The position numbers were made by a program, and so were the translations under genes. This document shows positions 49,391-60,572 of a DNA stretch of 64,000 bases, piece by piece; the stretch's first letter is position 1; every line of letters starts with the position of its first letter. The stretch is from an uncultured Brachyspira sp. (GTDB lineage Bacteria; Spirochaetota; JAAYUW01), in NCBI GenBank assembly GCA_964454835.1, contig CAYVTU010000011.1:26243-90242 (forward strand). The letters run 5' to 3'. The notes under the pieces were generated by a model, which saw nothing but the letters and a program-made list of their open reading frames with translations, did no database searches and had not been told where the DNA came from.

Positions 49391-51130
49391 TCAACAAAAT
49401 AAGAAATCTGTATATTTTATTAAAAATTCAATCGCAAGTCTTTGCGATTTTTCTTTATCACTATACTTAAAATAATAGTAAGAAACAATGTTAAAAAAGT
49501 AATTTTGTACTACTTCTCTATTATTTAAATATTTTTTATCTTTTTCAGTATTTTTTTCAAAAAAAATTTCAAGTTTTTTTTCTTTTATTTTTTCCCATTC
49601 TTCCTGATATTTCTCAAATAAAAACCTTTCTCCCTTTTTTATGCATGTAATTACAGATTTATTTTGAGTTGAACTTAAGTAAGTTTGTCTAGTATTATGA
49701 AAATTATAAAAATATGAATTAGAATAGTAATATTTTTTCTCAGCCATCGAAAAATCTATTCCATAAGTTTTAATTTCTTTAAATCCAAGATAATCTGCAA
49801 CAAGATATGAAAAAGCACCAACATTTTGAACTTCAATTGAAAATAAAGGAATATTACAGAAAAAAGAACCTAATAAATTTAATTTATTGATTATTTTTTG
49901 AAAATTAATATTTTTTAATTCTTTTTCTTTTCTATACATAATAAATGCTTCCACAAAACCTATTATGTCTTCAAAATATTTGAGTGAAAACAAATAGATA
50001 TTATTAAAATTTTTTAAAACCTTTTTTGAAACAGATAAAGGTACAATTACTGGTATTTTCTTAAATTCTTCTGCAAGACCAACCAACATTAAACTTAAAA
50101 TATTTCTACTATCAAGAATTATAATCAAATCTGGCAATATTTTGTTTGCTAAGAAAAAGTTTATTGCATTATCAACACAAATTACAAAACTACTTTTTAC
50201 TTTTCTTTTTTCAATTAATTCATCTTTAATCGAAATTTTATCCAATGAAGGAGAAGCTCCGACAATTATAGCAGTCTCATAATATTCTTTTTTCAAAGAT
50301 TTAATATTATTATTTTTTTTAATTTTGTCTACTATATCCTTGTTAGATATAATAGAATTAATGTTAGACAAAGTATTTCCTAATTCAATTTTAAAATTAA
50401 TTATAAATGATTTAATATTAAAAATTACTTCTTTTCTGAAATCATCCCATTCTCTTTCTAATTCATTTAAATTTTTTTGTAATAGACAATTGATATTTTC
50501 TTTTCTAACTATTTTATCTATTAAAATAGGATTAAAAATATTTGCGTACTCATTTATAAAAAATGATTTTAATTTTGGATAATTATTTATTCCTTTGATA
50601 TAAATATGGATATTATTATTTAAGAATATTTGATAAATTTCCATATAACAGCATGCTAGAAGAAATAGATCTAAGTCAAAATCTATTAATATAAAATAGT
50701 ATTTGGTATTTTTCTTATTTTCAATAATATCAAAATCTGAATTAATATTTTCATTTTTATTATTACTTATTGTTTTTAAGCCATAAAGTGAATATAAGAA
50801 TCCTATCCCAAAAATTTCGAAACATATATCATTATTTGTATATTCTTCAATTTTTATTGCTTCTCTTTTTGGATTATATGAAGAATGTATTTTTCTATTT
50901 GAAGATCTTTCAACAGGAATAAATAAGTTGTCTTCTAACTTAATAATCTCGTATTTTCCCTTTATTTTAATTATGTAATTGGCAAGCAAATTAAAATCAT
51001 CTTCTAAATCTATATTAAATGAAAGTTTTTCATTAAAATATATATTTTTAAGAATATCACTAAAATAAGGTCTAATCCTGGAAATTATTGAAATATTTTC
51101 TTTCAAAAGATTCTTATTAATATCAACCAT
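49391..51130 (-). CDS. Motility accessory factor (Maf/DUF115, MptE-like) probably involved in flagellin glycosylation
   Basis: Core motif AIIVGASPSLDK…FVICVDNAINFFLANKILPDLIIILDS matches the DUF115 signature. 579 aa. Adjacent to fliS. Confidence 0.55.
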   Translation of the reverse strand: MVDINKNLLKENISIISRIRPYFSDILKNIYFNEKLSFNIDLEDDFNLLANYIIKIKGKYEIIKLEDNLFIPVERSSNRKIHSSYNPKREAIKIEEYTNNDICFEIFGIGFLYSLYGLKTISNNKNENINSDFDIIENKKNTKYYFILIDFDLDLFLLACCYMEIYQIFLNNNIHIYIKGINNYPKLKSFFINEYANIFNPILIDKIVRKENINCLLQKNLNELEREWDDFRKEVIFNIKSFIINFKIELGNTLSNINSIISNKDIVDKIKKNNNIKSLKKEYYETAIIVGASPSLDKISIKDELIEKRKVKSSFVICVDNAINFFLANKILPDLIIILDSRNILSLMLVGLAEEFKKIPVIVPLSVSKKVLKNFNNIYLFSLKYFEDIIGFVEAFIMYRKEKELKNINFQKIINKLNLLGSFFCNIPLFSIEVQNVGAFSYLVADYLGFKEIKTYGIDFSMAEKKYYYSNSYFYNFHNTRQTYLSSTQNKSVITCIKKGERFLFEKYQEEWEKIKEKKLEIFFEKNTEKDKKYLNNREVVQNYFFNIVSYYYFKYSDKEKSQRLAIEFLIKYTDFLFC

Positions 51131-51185
51131 TTTTTCTTTTTTTATTTAATTTTTATAATGTTTCTGTATTTAATTTTGAAAAAAA

Positions 51186-53450
51186 TTAATAACTAAAATA
51201 ATTTAAGATTTCATTAAAAATTTCAAATAAAAACTCAAAAAAAGTCTTTTTTTCCTTAAAATTATCAGAATAGATAATATCAAATTTAATTTCATCCTCA
51301 GAAAAACCAGATTGTTTTATAATGAGATTAATTAAATTATTAAAATCAATTATAAAATCAGAAAGATTAATTCCAACCGAATCATATCCCGAAAGAAAAG
51401 ACTTTTCATCCAGTATTTTAAGAATTTTTAATAGAATATTTCTTTGCTTTTCTATGTAAAATTTAATATATTCTTTATTTTTTTTCAAAAGATCTTCAAA
51501 TAATTTTTTTAATTCAGAATTTTCACTTAATGTAAAAAGCATTAAAATTGTATCCTCATAATTTGATGAATTTTCATTCGCGAAGGCATCAACTATTTGG
51601 GGCAAAGAAAAAAACTGATCAAAAAAATATGGAATGATGAGAGTATTTTGGTGAGTATAAAGATTTTTACTCATAAGAGAAGATATTAATGAACTTGATG
51701 AAATAATAGAATTTTGAAGGATAAAAACAGGTATTTTTAAACTAAATTCTTTTAATAAAGATAATATTTTGATACCTTCAGATAATTCCCCACCAGGTGA
51801 ATCAATAATTAAAACTACTGATAGATAATTTTCTTTTTTTATTTTGTTTAAAATTTTTTCAACTTTTTGATATGTTAAAATCTCAAAATTCATTTCTGAG
51901 CTAGTTTTACTAGATTTATAATTTTTTTCTGATAAAATAATTCCTTTAAGATATACTATTGCAACATTTTGACTTTTATAAAATTTATTTATATTTAACT
52001 TATTATATTCAATAAATAATTTCTCAGTTTTTTTTATCTTTATTTTTTCTTTCTCAGAAATTTCTTTAATTTTTTTTATAATATCATCTTTATCTATGAT
52101 AAAATCAATCAATTTCAGCTTTAGTGCAATATCATTATCCATTATCTTCTTCTGAATTGATAAATTTAAAATCTCAGACTCATTTAAATTTTTATTTAAT
52201 GATATTATCTTTATTAAATAAAATAAGACCTGATTAAAATAATCTTTAAAAGACTCTTCTTTTATTATAGAATCTTTAATTATATTTGAAATTTTTTCTC
52301 TTGTAATTTCATTTAGAGAAGTTAAAGTAAAAAATAAATTAAATTGATTTATTATTTCATCAACCAAGTTATTTTGCAAACCTTGAGAAGAAATATTGAA
52401 ATAATCTAATTTATCTAAAAAAGCAAAACGGAAATTAGTGGCAAATGAAATATTAATTAAATCAGATTTTTCAATATATATAAAACAAAGATTGTTTTTC
52501 TTTAATTCTTTTATCAAATCAGTTAAATCTTCAATATCTACTATTTTTTTAAGATTTTTACCTGTTATAAAAAGAAATATGTTTCCTTTAATTTTAGATT
52601 TTTCTCTAAGACTTAAATATAGATTTGCATCTGGTTTTATTTCATTAAAATCAACTATATATAAATTCCCATTTGAATGACTATCATGAACATTCTTTTC
52701 TTTAGATATAGAAAAACCAAATGAATATGAGTCTGATTTTTCATCCAGTGAAAAAATTAGATGAAAAGAGTTAAATTTATTATAAAATGAAAAAATAAGT
52801 TTCCATATTTTTTCAGAGGAATAAGAAATTAAAAATGAGGAATCATATAAATCAACAAATAAATCAATTTCCAAATTTACATAATTAAAAAAAAGTTCTT
52901 CAATATTTATGTTTTGATAAAAAACAGAATTGCTAAAATAAAAATAAGTAGAGAATCTAATTTTTTTAAATAAATTTATTCCAATCTCAAATTGATAGTT
53001 ATAATTTTTTAAACTATAAAAATTATTATTTAAAGGATATAAAATCGAAAATCCTGAATCAAAATAACGAAATAGTTTAATGTAATATGATATACTTAAG
53101 TAGATATTTGAAAGTAAAAAACCAAAAGAAATTGGTAGATTATTTAGCTTAAAAAAAAGAGGAATTCCTACAAATATAATTGGATTATCCTGTTTATTAA
53201 AAATGGTATAACTAAATAAAAAGAAATTACCTAAATTTAGGGAAATCTGATTGAAACTATTTTCATAGAATAAGTAAGAAAAAGAAAATATTGTTTCATC
53301 ATAAGAATAATAAGCTAAATTTGAATAAAGACCAAATATATAATCAGATCCTGCCAATAAAGCCGGTTGTTGAGCTAAGACATTACAAGAATTAGTGAAT
53401 ATAAATATAACTATTAATATTAATGCTAAAATAATAAAAAGCTTTTTCAT
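51186..53450 (-). CDS. Signal-peptide-peptidase A-like (S49) protein with an unusual N-terminal domain rich in aromatic and Ser/Asn residues
   Basis: C-terminal S49 motif: VAIVYLKGIIL…VVLIIDSPGGELSEGIKILSLLKEF…IPVFILQNSIISSSSL. The N-terminal ~300 aa have a signal peptide and Y/F/S/N-rich segments with alternating hydrophobics. Confidence 0.55.
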   Translation of the reverse strand: MKKLFIILALILIVIFIFTNSCNVLAQQPALLAGSDYIFGLYSNLAYYSYDETIFSFSYLFYENSFNQISLNLGNFFLFSYTIFNKQDNPIIFVGIPLFFKLNNLPISFGFLLSNIYLSISYYIKLFRYFDSGFSILYPLNNNFYSLKNYNYQFEIGINLFKKIRFSTYFYFSNSVFYQNINIEELFFNYVNLEIDLFVDLYDSSFLISYSSEKIWKLIFSFYNKFNSFHLIFSLDEKSDSYSFGFSISKEKNVHDSHSNGNLYIVDFNEIKPDANLYLSLREKSKIKGNIFLFITGKNLKKIVDIEDLTDLIKELKKNNLCFIYIEKSDLINISFATNFRFAFLDKLDYFNISSQGLQNNLVDEIINQFNLFFTLTSLNEITREKISNIIKDSIIKEESFKDYFNQVLFYLIKIISLNKNLNESEILNLSIQKKIMDNDIALKLKLIDFIIDKDDIIKKIKEISEKEKIKIKKTEKLFIEYNKLNINKFYKSQNVAIVYLKGIILSEKNYKSSKTSSEMNFEILTYQKVEKILNKIKKENYLSVVLIIDSPGGELSEGIKILSLLKEFSLKIPVFILQNSIISSSSLISSLMSKNLYTHQNTLIIPYFFDQFFSLPQIVDAFANENSSNYEDTILMLFTLSENSELKKLFEDLLKKNKEYIKFYIEKQRNILLKILKILDEKSFLSGYDSVGINLSDFIIDFNNLINLIIKQSGFSEDEIKFDIIYSDNFKEKKTFFEFLFEIFNEILNYFSY

Positions 53451-53613
53451 TTTATTTTAATATTTTATAATAAAAATTTTAGAAAAAAATTAATAATAAT
53501 GCTTATAATTAATTTGTCGTTATATTCTTAAAACAATTTATAAAAATTAAAAGATTGAAATTTAAAAATTTAATTATACTTTGATTCAAAAACACCTATA
53601 TTCTGGAGGAATT

Positions 53614-54999
53614 ATGTTCTTCTCCATTGATTTATCTGATTTAGTAAAAAAAAGTAATCAATATTGTGAATTGCGAGTTCAAGAAAACCAAAATATTAAA
53701 ATATCCCTATTAAATGGTGATATTGTTCAGAATTCCTTTTCCAATATCAAAGGAATGTCTGCAAGAAGTTTTAGTGGAGGTAAATGGGGATTTTCTTCAA
53801 GTTGTGAGATAACTCCTAAAATAGCTATAGAGTTAATAAAAGAATCAGGAGAAAATGCCTCATTTATTTCAAGAAACAATTCTAACACAAACTTACCTTC
53901 TAACTCATCATCATTTTTCTTTAATTATGATGAATTTAATAGCATTAAGTTAGAAGAATCTCCATTTATATATATTAACTATCTAAAAGAATTAGATAAT
54001 TATCTGGTCAAAAACTTTTCGGATCTGCAATCAAGAACTATTATCTTTTCTCAACAAATATTTTATAAAGATCTTGCGACCTCTGATGGTTCTAAATTAA
54101 GTATCTTATATCCAAGAAGTTATATATATGTAATATTAACATTACAAAAAGAAGAAGAACCAATAGAGTTGGGTGATGTTTATGGAGGAATAGGTAGATT
54201 TTCACATAACTTTTTTTCTTTAAAAGACATGTACAATAATTTAAATATTTTATATGAAAACCTTAAAAAGAAATCTGAAGGAGTTTTTGCTGAATCTGGA
54301 ATTAAAAAATGTATTTTAGATGCAAGAATTTCTGGAATGCTAGCTCATGAAGCTATAGGACATACTGTTGAAGCAGATATAGTTCTTGGAGGTTCAGTTG
54401 CAAATGAATATTATAACAAAGAAGTTGCCTCTCCTTTAATTAGTCTGGTTGATTTTGCTCATCATTATTCTTCTAAACTTTGCCCAGTTCCAGTTTTTAT
54501 TGATGATGAAGGCACACTTGCTGAAGATGCACTAATTATAGAAAATGGTATTTTGAAGAATTATCTTCATTCTAAAGAAACATCAAAAATTTTCAATATG
54601 AAACTTACCGGAAATGCAAGAGCTTATCAATACAACGACGAACCTATAATTAGAATGCGAAATACAGCTATACTTCCTGGAAAAAGTAAACTTGATGAGA
54701 TGATTACTTCTATTGATGATGGATATTATTTCATACAAAGCCAAAATGGTCAAGCAGACACTACGGGAGAATTTATGTTTTCTATTTCTCAAGGTTATGA
54801 AATAAAAAAAGGTAAAATTGGAAGGGCAATAAGAGACACAACAATTTCAGGTGTAGCTTTTAATTTATTAAAAACTGTTGAAATGGTTTCAGATGAATTT
54901 ATATGGGATTCTTCCGGATTTTGTGGAAAAAAACAACCAATCCCTGTTGGATTAGGTGGACCTGCTATAAAGTGTGAAGTTATGGTAGGAGGAAAATAA
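53614..54999 (+). CDS. tldD: Metalloprotease TldD
   Basis: HEAIGHTVEAD (HExxH plus E) and a GGxWGFSSS-type N-terminal motif. A GGAGGA SD lies before the ATG at 53614. Confidence 0.85.
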   Translation: MFFSIDLSDLVKKSNQYCELRVQENQNIKISLLNGDIVQNSFSNIKGMSARSFSGGKWGFSSSCEITPKIAIELIKESGENASFISRNNSNTNLPSNSSSFFFNYDEFNSIKLEESPFIYINYLKELDNYLVKNFSDLQSRTIIFSQQIFYKDLATSDGSKLSILYPRSYIYVILTLQKEEEPIELGDVYGGIGRFSHNFFSLKDMYNNLNILYENLKKKSEGVFAESGIKKCILDARISGMLAHEAIGHTVEADIVLGGSVANEYYNKEVASPLISLVDFAHHYSSKLCPVPVFIDDEGTLAEDALIIENGILKNYLHSKETSKIFNMKLTGNARAYQYNDEPIIRMRNTAILPGKSKLDEMITSIDDGYYFIQSQNGQADTTGEFMFSISQGYEIKKGKIGRAIRDTTISGVAFNLLKTVEMVSDEFIWDSSGFCGKKQPIPVGLGGPAIKCEVMVGGK

Positions 55000-56312
55000 T
55001 GTATATATTTGATAACGTTGAAAAAGATAAAATTGTATGCGAAAAAATAATTGAATCAAGCAAGAAAAAAGGGATTGAAAAGCTTTTCGTTTATAGTGGG
55101 AGAAGTGAATCTCACGAGTTGAATGTTCATGCTAATAATATAGATCTTTTTAGAACCACATTTACTGAAGCAATATCAATCACAGGCTATATAGGACATA
55201 AAAAAGGATCTATCACTGTAAATAACATAAATTTGGAGGAAATCGAAGGGCAACTTCAAAATTTAAAAAAAATTATAGAATCTTCATTTGAGGATAATGC
55301 AAATGAGTTGGCTCCTTTTGAGGGAGAAAAAGAGTTCTTTAGTGGAAATATTAATTTTTCTAAAGAAGAACTTGTTAAAAAATTCAGCGAATTCATAGAA
55401 AATAGCAGAAAAAAATATCCAATTTTAAACTTTGAAGATGGAACATTGGACTACTCAAGGGGTTACTCATTTCTAGTTACTTCGAATGGTACAAAATTCT
55501 TTGATAAAAGTGGAAAGTATTCCATAAACATCTCCTATTCATCTAAAGAGAACGAAAATGTTTCATCTTTTAATTTTTTTAGTTATTCAAAAAAAGATTT
55601 ATCTAAACCAATTTTAGAATGGGAAGACATAGATAATCTTTTAAATCAGAGTACCCAACAGATAAAGTGTCAAAATATATCTGAAAAATTTGAAGGAACT
55701 ATTATTTTTACTCCAAATAGCGTTTTTGAGATGTTAGGATTTCTTCTTAATAGTTTAAGTGATAGAGCCATTATTAGTGGTACAAGTATTTACAAAGAAG
55801 AAGTAGGAAACTTAATTTCATCTGATATCCTTACGATAGAAGCGAATCCTTTATCCGATTTGTTTGTCACAAATAGTTTTTATACATCAGATGGGTTTTT
55901 AACTGCTCCCATGAATATCATTGAAAATGGAGTATTGAAGACTCTTCTTTTATGTTACTATGGTTCTTTGAAAACTGGAAAACCAAGGGCTAAGAACTAT
56001 GGCAATGGAATAATAGTAAAAGGGAAAACAAGTTCATTAAATGACATTATCAAATCTACGAAAAAAGGAATTTTACTTTCAAGGCTTTCAGGAGGAGAAG
56101 TATCTCCAAATGGCGATTTTTCTGGAGTAGCAAAAAATAGTTATTTTATAAAAGAAGGGCAAATTTTATTTCCTATAAAAGAAACAATGGTTAGTGGAAA
56201 TTTTGCGTCTTTATTAAAAAATATTAGCGGGATTTCTTCAGAAACAATAAATGATGGTTATAATATTCTACCTTATATTAAAGCAGAAGGAATAATAATT
56301 AGTGGTAAATAA
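54999..56312 (+). CDS. pmbA: TldD partner PmbA/TldE
   Basis: TldE-family length and C-terminal conservation. The start overlaps the tldD stop (TAATG). Confidence 0.75.
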   Translation: MYIFDNVEKDKIVCEKIIESSKKKGIEKLFVYSGRSESHELNVHANNIDLFRTTFTEAISITGYIGHKKGSITVNNINLEEIEGQLQNLKKIIESSFEDNANELAPFEGEKEFFSGNINFSKEELVKKFSEFIENSRKKYPILNFEDGTLDYSRGYSFLVTSNGTKFFDKSGKYSINISYSSKENENVSSFNFFSYSKKDLSKPILEWEDIDNLLNQSTQQIKCQNISEKFEGTIIFTPNSVFEMLGFLLNSLSDRAIISGTSIYKEEVGNLISSDILTIEANPLSDLFVTNSFYTSDGFLTAPMNIIENGVLKTLLLCYYGSLKTGKPRAKNYGNGIIVKGKTSSLNDIIKSTKKGILLSRLSGGEVSPNGDFSGVAKNSYFIKEGQILFPIKETMVSGNFASLLKNISGISSETINDGYNILPYIKAEGIIISGK

Positions 56313-56350
56313 AAATATTTATTTTTAATAATCAAATGGTAAAGATAAAT

Positions 56351-56395
56351 AAAAAAGGGGCTGTTTCATAAACTGAGACAGCCCCTATTCATTTT
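56351..56395. terminator. Bidirectional rho-independent terminator between pmbA (+) and the RRM gene (-)
   Basis: AAAAAA-GGGGCTGTTTCA-taaac-TGAGACAGCCCC-TATTCATTTT. Confidence 0.6.
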
Positions 56396-56409
56396 CTACT
56401 ATCTATATT

Positions 56410-56700
56410 CTAGTAGCTTCTTCTTTGATATCCTCTTTGATTAGGTCTTGAGTTCTTGTCAATGGCTTCATTAACCTTTAAAGGTCTTCCATCAATTTCT
56501 TTACCATTAAGAGCGTTAATGGCATTAATAGCTTCTGAATCATTAGCCATTTCAACAAAAGCAAAACCCTTTGATCTTCTGCTCATTTGATCAATGACAA
56601 TTTTAGCAGAAAGAACTTCACCAAAAGCCTCAAATTCTTTTCTTAGTGTTTGTTCGTCGGTTTTATAATTCATGTTACCGACATAAATCTTCTTAGACAT
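56410..56700 (-). CDS. RRM-type RNA-binding protein
   Basis: RNP2-like IYVGNMNY and RNP1-like KGFAFVEM, with an RGG/Y-rich C-terminal tail. Confidence 0.8.
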   Translation of the reverse strand: MSKKIYVGNMNYKTDEQTLRKEFEAFGEVLSAKIVIDQMSRRSKGFAFVEMANDSEAINAINALNGKEIDGRPLKVNEAIDKNSRPNQRGYQRRSY

Positions 56701-57073
56701 AAAAAAAACTCCTTAAATTCCTTACAGAAAGCATCTTAAAACATTTTGATGAGTTTTATATCGATAAATTTTGGGATTTTTTATCAAAACTATTCGACAT
56801 TAAAACAAATATCTAAAATATTAGATGCTACCTGTTACAATTAAAATAATACTAAATTATTTTTAAAAAGCAAGCATATTTTTATAATTTTTGAATTTTT
56901 TTTAATAAATTTTAAAATTTTTCTAAAATACTTTAATTTATAAAAGTAAAATTATTTTAGTTGACTAAAAAGATTTAATTTTGCTCAAAAAATGATTAGA
57001 TATTATAATCTAGTAAAGATTTTTAATACTATTTTAAACTTGGTAATTAGAATATACTTAATAATTAGAATAT

Positions 57074-57895
57074 ATGAAGAAGTCTGGATTATCAAAATCT
57101 ATTTTACTTTTATCAGCAATCCCATTAGAGTACAGATTAAATATAATTTCTCATCTTTCATTATTTGAAAAATTTAAGCTCCTTAATAAAGCAAACCAAT
57201 ATGGAGGTTTTGAACAAATAAAAGAAAGTATTTCTTTAGAAAAGAAATTATATTTATTCAATATATTAATAGATCAAAATAAAAATAGCATAACCGGTGA
57301 TAGTGTAAATTTCTTAATATCTTTTCTTATATTTTTATTTGGAATTTCTATATTAGTTATTAAAATTATAATTTCTGGATTTTATGATTTCTTACTTTTT
57401 TTTTCTTCTGTCGGTTATTCAACATTTTTCACTCCGATACTACTTTTTTCTCTTTTATTAAAAAATAAATTTTCCTTTAAACTAAATTTTTCAAGATTTT
57501 CGTTATTATTAAGACATGTCTTAGAAGGAATAATAGGTTCAATTATGCTTTTTATTATTTTGATGCAAATAAATGCCTTTTATCCAGAAATTATCTTAAA
57601 AAATTACGATATACTATTTTTAATTAATGGGATATTTTTTGTACCAATTCTTGAAGAAATGTTATATAGATATATTTTAATGACTTTAATACTAAGAAAA
57701 CAAAAGTTTATTATTAGGATAATTTTAAGTAGCTTTATTTTTGGATTTTTTCATTTACCTTTTATATCATTTTATACTTTTTTGCTTTATTTTCTTGCGG
57801 GTCTAATTTTATCATTATTATATGGTTTAGAAAACTATCTATTACCATCGATTTTAGCTCATAGTATTTCCAATTTTTTAATATTTTTCATTTGA
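57074..57895 (+). CDS. CPBP-family (CAAX/Abi) intramembrane metalloprotease
   Basis: EEMLYRYIL (EExxxR), FGFFHL (FxxxH) and HSISNFL (HxxxN) in a multi-TM protein. Confidence 0.7.
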   Translation: MKKSGLSKSILLLSAIPLEYRLNIISHLSLFEKFKLLNKANQYGGFEQIKESISLEKKLYLFNILIDQNKNSITGDSVNFLISFLIFLFGISILVIKIIISGFYDFLLFFSSVGYSTFFTPILLFSLLLKNKFSFKLNFSRFSLLLRHVLEGIIGSIMLFIILMQINAFYPEIILKNYDILFLINGIFFVPILEEMLYRYILMTLILRKQKFIIRIILSSFIFGFFHLPFISFYTFLLYFLAGLILSLLYGLENYLLPSILAHSISNFLIFFI

Positions 57896-58034
57896 TTTTA
57901 TAAAAATCGGGTTTAATAGAAATAGGAATGAGAAAAAATTAAATAATATTTCTAAATCTGAAAAAAAAGAATTCAATAATATAAGTAAGTTATTAATATT
58001 TTATCTTTTGTATATAAATCAAAAATGAGGTCTT

Positions 58035-58421
58035 ATGCAAACAATTTTATCAATAGCTTTAGGTGGAGCATTAGGAGCAGTCTTAAGATTTTTAATATCC
58101 CGCTTTATAGGCTCCCTAAATATATCATCTTTCCCTTATGGTACATTCACTGTAAATATGATTGGATGTTTTATAATAGGATTTCTTTACACAGTTTTTG
58201 AAAAAACTCTTGCTTCAACTATGACTCGTGCCTTTTTTCTTATAGGATTAATAGGTGCTTTTACTACTTTTTCAACATATATTCTCGAAACATTAAACTT
58301 ATTCCGAGATAATGAAATTTTACTGGGATTTTTAAATATTTTTTTAAGTAATTTATTCGGATTTATCAGTCTTATTTTGGGGATAATTTTAGCTAGAATT
58401 ATGTTTTTGGGTAAAATATAA
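58035..58421 (+). CDS. crcB: Fluoride channel CrcB/Fluc
   Basis: 128 aa, four TM helices, N-terminus typical of CrcB (…ALGGALGAVLRF…GTFTVNMIGCFIIGF). Confidence 0.8.
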   Translation: MQTILSIALGGALGAVLRFLISRFIGSLNISSFPYGTFTVNMIGCFIIGFLYTVFEKTLASTMTRAFFLIGLIGAFTTFSTYILETLNLFRDNEILLGFLNIFLSNLFGFISLILGIILARIMFLGKI

Positions 58422-58454
58422 TATTACTCAAAATAAATAAATAAAGGAATCCAG

Positions 58455-58787
58455 ATGAAATTGGCAGAAAATTCAATGTTATTAAGAATTTTTATTGGTG
58501 AATCAGATATGTACAAAGGGAAACCTCTATATGAATCAATAGTTCAAAAAGCAAGAGAATTGCATCTTGCAGGAGCAACAGTAATTAGAGGAATTTTAGG
58601 TTATGGGGCTGATAGTAGAATGCATAGAGCTAAATTTTTAGATCTTTCAGAGGATTTACCTATAATTATAGAAATTGTAGACAGTGAAGAAAAACTAAAT
58701 ATGCTAATTCCATTTCTTGATACCACTGTAACTGAAGGTCTTATAACTATGGAAGAAGTTAAAGTAATAAAATATAGACATACTTAA
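58455..58787 (+). CDS. DUF190/PII-like protein commonly co-encoded with crcB
   Basis: 110 aa. Adjacent to and co-oriented with crcB. Confidence 0.55.
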   Translation: MKLAENSMLLRIFIGESDMYKGKPLYESIVQKARELHLAGATVIRGILGYGADSRMHRAKFLDLSEDLPIIIEIVDSEEKLNMLIPFLDTTVTEGLITMEEVKVIKYRHT

Positions 58788-58859
58788 ATATATTGTTAAT
58801 TTCTTTTCACTTTTTTATGATTTTTCAACACTTCTATTTATTTTGATGTTAATTATTCA

Positions 58860-60423
58860 ATGGAGAATATTATGCAACCAATTAAAAATGCCATAACAGA
58901 AGGAAGGCTTATAAATTTAGAAGGCTTATCAAAAGATGAAGTCTTAAAAACATTATCTTTTGCTATTGAAAAAAGTAAGCAAACTCCCCCTGAATTAGAT
59001 ATTTATAAATCTATCTTAGATAGAGAGATGATTACAAATACATATCTTGGATTTAATATTGCATGTCCTCATACCAGAATTCCATGGGAAGGAGAGATTT
59101 TATGTTCTATAGGCTGGAATCATGAAGGTATATTATATAATTCAGCGACAAACGATAGTGCTAAGCTAGTTTTTCTTTTTATTATTCCTAAGAATAAAAG
59201 CAATGAATATTTAAATATGATTGCCTCATTAATTAAATTTTTAATGAAATTTGAAAAATTGAGAGATTTCGAGAATATTTATGATTTAAATGCTATCCAA
59301 TCAAGAATACTTGAATGGATTTATATTATAGAAAACCCAGAGAATGATGAAATTGATACTATTTCTGCCCACGCTAACATGTCTTTAATCATTGATATGA
59401 TACTTCCAGACATAAAGGAGTTAATTGAAGCAAAAAGATTTAGTAAATTACAAAAGTTTATAAATGAACAGGATTCAGTAGAAATAGCAGAAATCATGAA
59501 CTGCTTAAATATTGAATCATCAACTATAATATTTAGAATTTTATCAAAATCAAAAGCAGAGGAAATTTTTTCTTTGCTTGAAAGTGAAGCTCAGAACAAT
59601 TTAATCAATAATCTAGCAAAAGAAGAGATTGTCAGATAATATATAGCATGGCTTCTGATGATAGGACAATGCTATTAGAAGAATTACCAGTAAAAATTGT
59701 TCAGCAAATTCTTGATCTTTTTGATAAAAATGAAAGAAAAAAGGTTCTTACTCAATTAAACTACCAGGAAGATAGTATTGGTAGATTATTTTCTAATAAA
59801 TATATCTCAGTATACTCATATGTAATGGTTAAAGATGTATTGGAGCATATCAGAAAGAAAGGAATTGATTCTGAAAGTATAGAAATGATATATGTTACAA
59901 ATGAAAAAGGTAAGCTAATTGATGATCTTTCACTAAGGAAAATAATTCTTGCAAATCCTGAAACTCCATTGGAAGAAATTTTTGATTGTCATTTTGTTTC
60001 CCTATACTCCAATCAAGATAAAGAAGAAGCTGCCCAGATATTTAAAAAATATGATATGTATGCTATGCCAGTAGTTGATTCTGATGGTATGCTTATTGGA
60101 ATAGTTACTAATGATGATATAATAGATGTAGTTGATGAGGAAGCAACTGAAGACTTTCACAAAGGTAGTGCATTTTACTATTAGAAAAAAAATTTTTAAA
60201 TACACCAATAATGGATCTATGGAAAAGCAGGATTTCCTGGTTTATTGTTCTTATATTTATTAATATTTTTTCTGGTGCTGGTCTAGCTCATTTTGAAAAC
60301 TTAATCCAATCTGTGGTCGCTCTTGTATTTTTTCTTCCTTTACTTGTAGACAGTGGAGGTAATGCTGGTGCTCAATCAGCAGGATCCAAAGAATTAATTT
60401 TCATTGAGACTACTCTTAAATAA
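58860..60423 (+). pseudogene. mgtE: Disrupted Mg2+ transporter gene mgtE with an N-terminal PTS EIIA-2-like domain. It is split over three frames and truncated in the TM domain.
   Basis: ORF1 has an EIIA-2-like core (…FNIACPHTR…LVFLFIIP…) plus the start of MgtE_N. ORF2 (59648-60184) continues MgtE_N plus the CBS pair in a different frame. ORF3 (60211-60423) begins the TM domain (…LLVDSGGNAGAQSA) and stops after 70 aa. Only 167 nt remain before the next gene. Confidence 0.55.
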
Positions 60424-60544
60424 TCAATAAAATAGGTTGTCGGAATTATTAATGAAGACCCATTCCCCAAAAAATTTGAGTAATAAATAAACCACCAATC
60501 ATTCCTATCAGGTAATATTGATTTTTATCCTATCCTTTCATTCT

Positions 60545-60572
60545 TTGACAAACAAAATAAAAGTAATATTTT
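60545..60572 (+). promoter_or_regulatory. Candidate sigma70 promoter for the MFS gene: TTGACA-N16-TATTTT
   Basis: Read directly. An AAAGGAG SD lies 7 nt before the ATG at 60591. Confidence 0.3.

Noticed and set aside
57896-58034. Expected fluoride (crcB-motif) riboswitch upstream of crcB
   Set aside because: None of the conserved riboswitch sequence elements are present by eye. Reported only as an absence.
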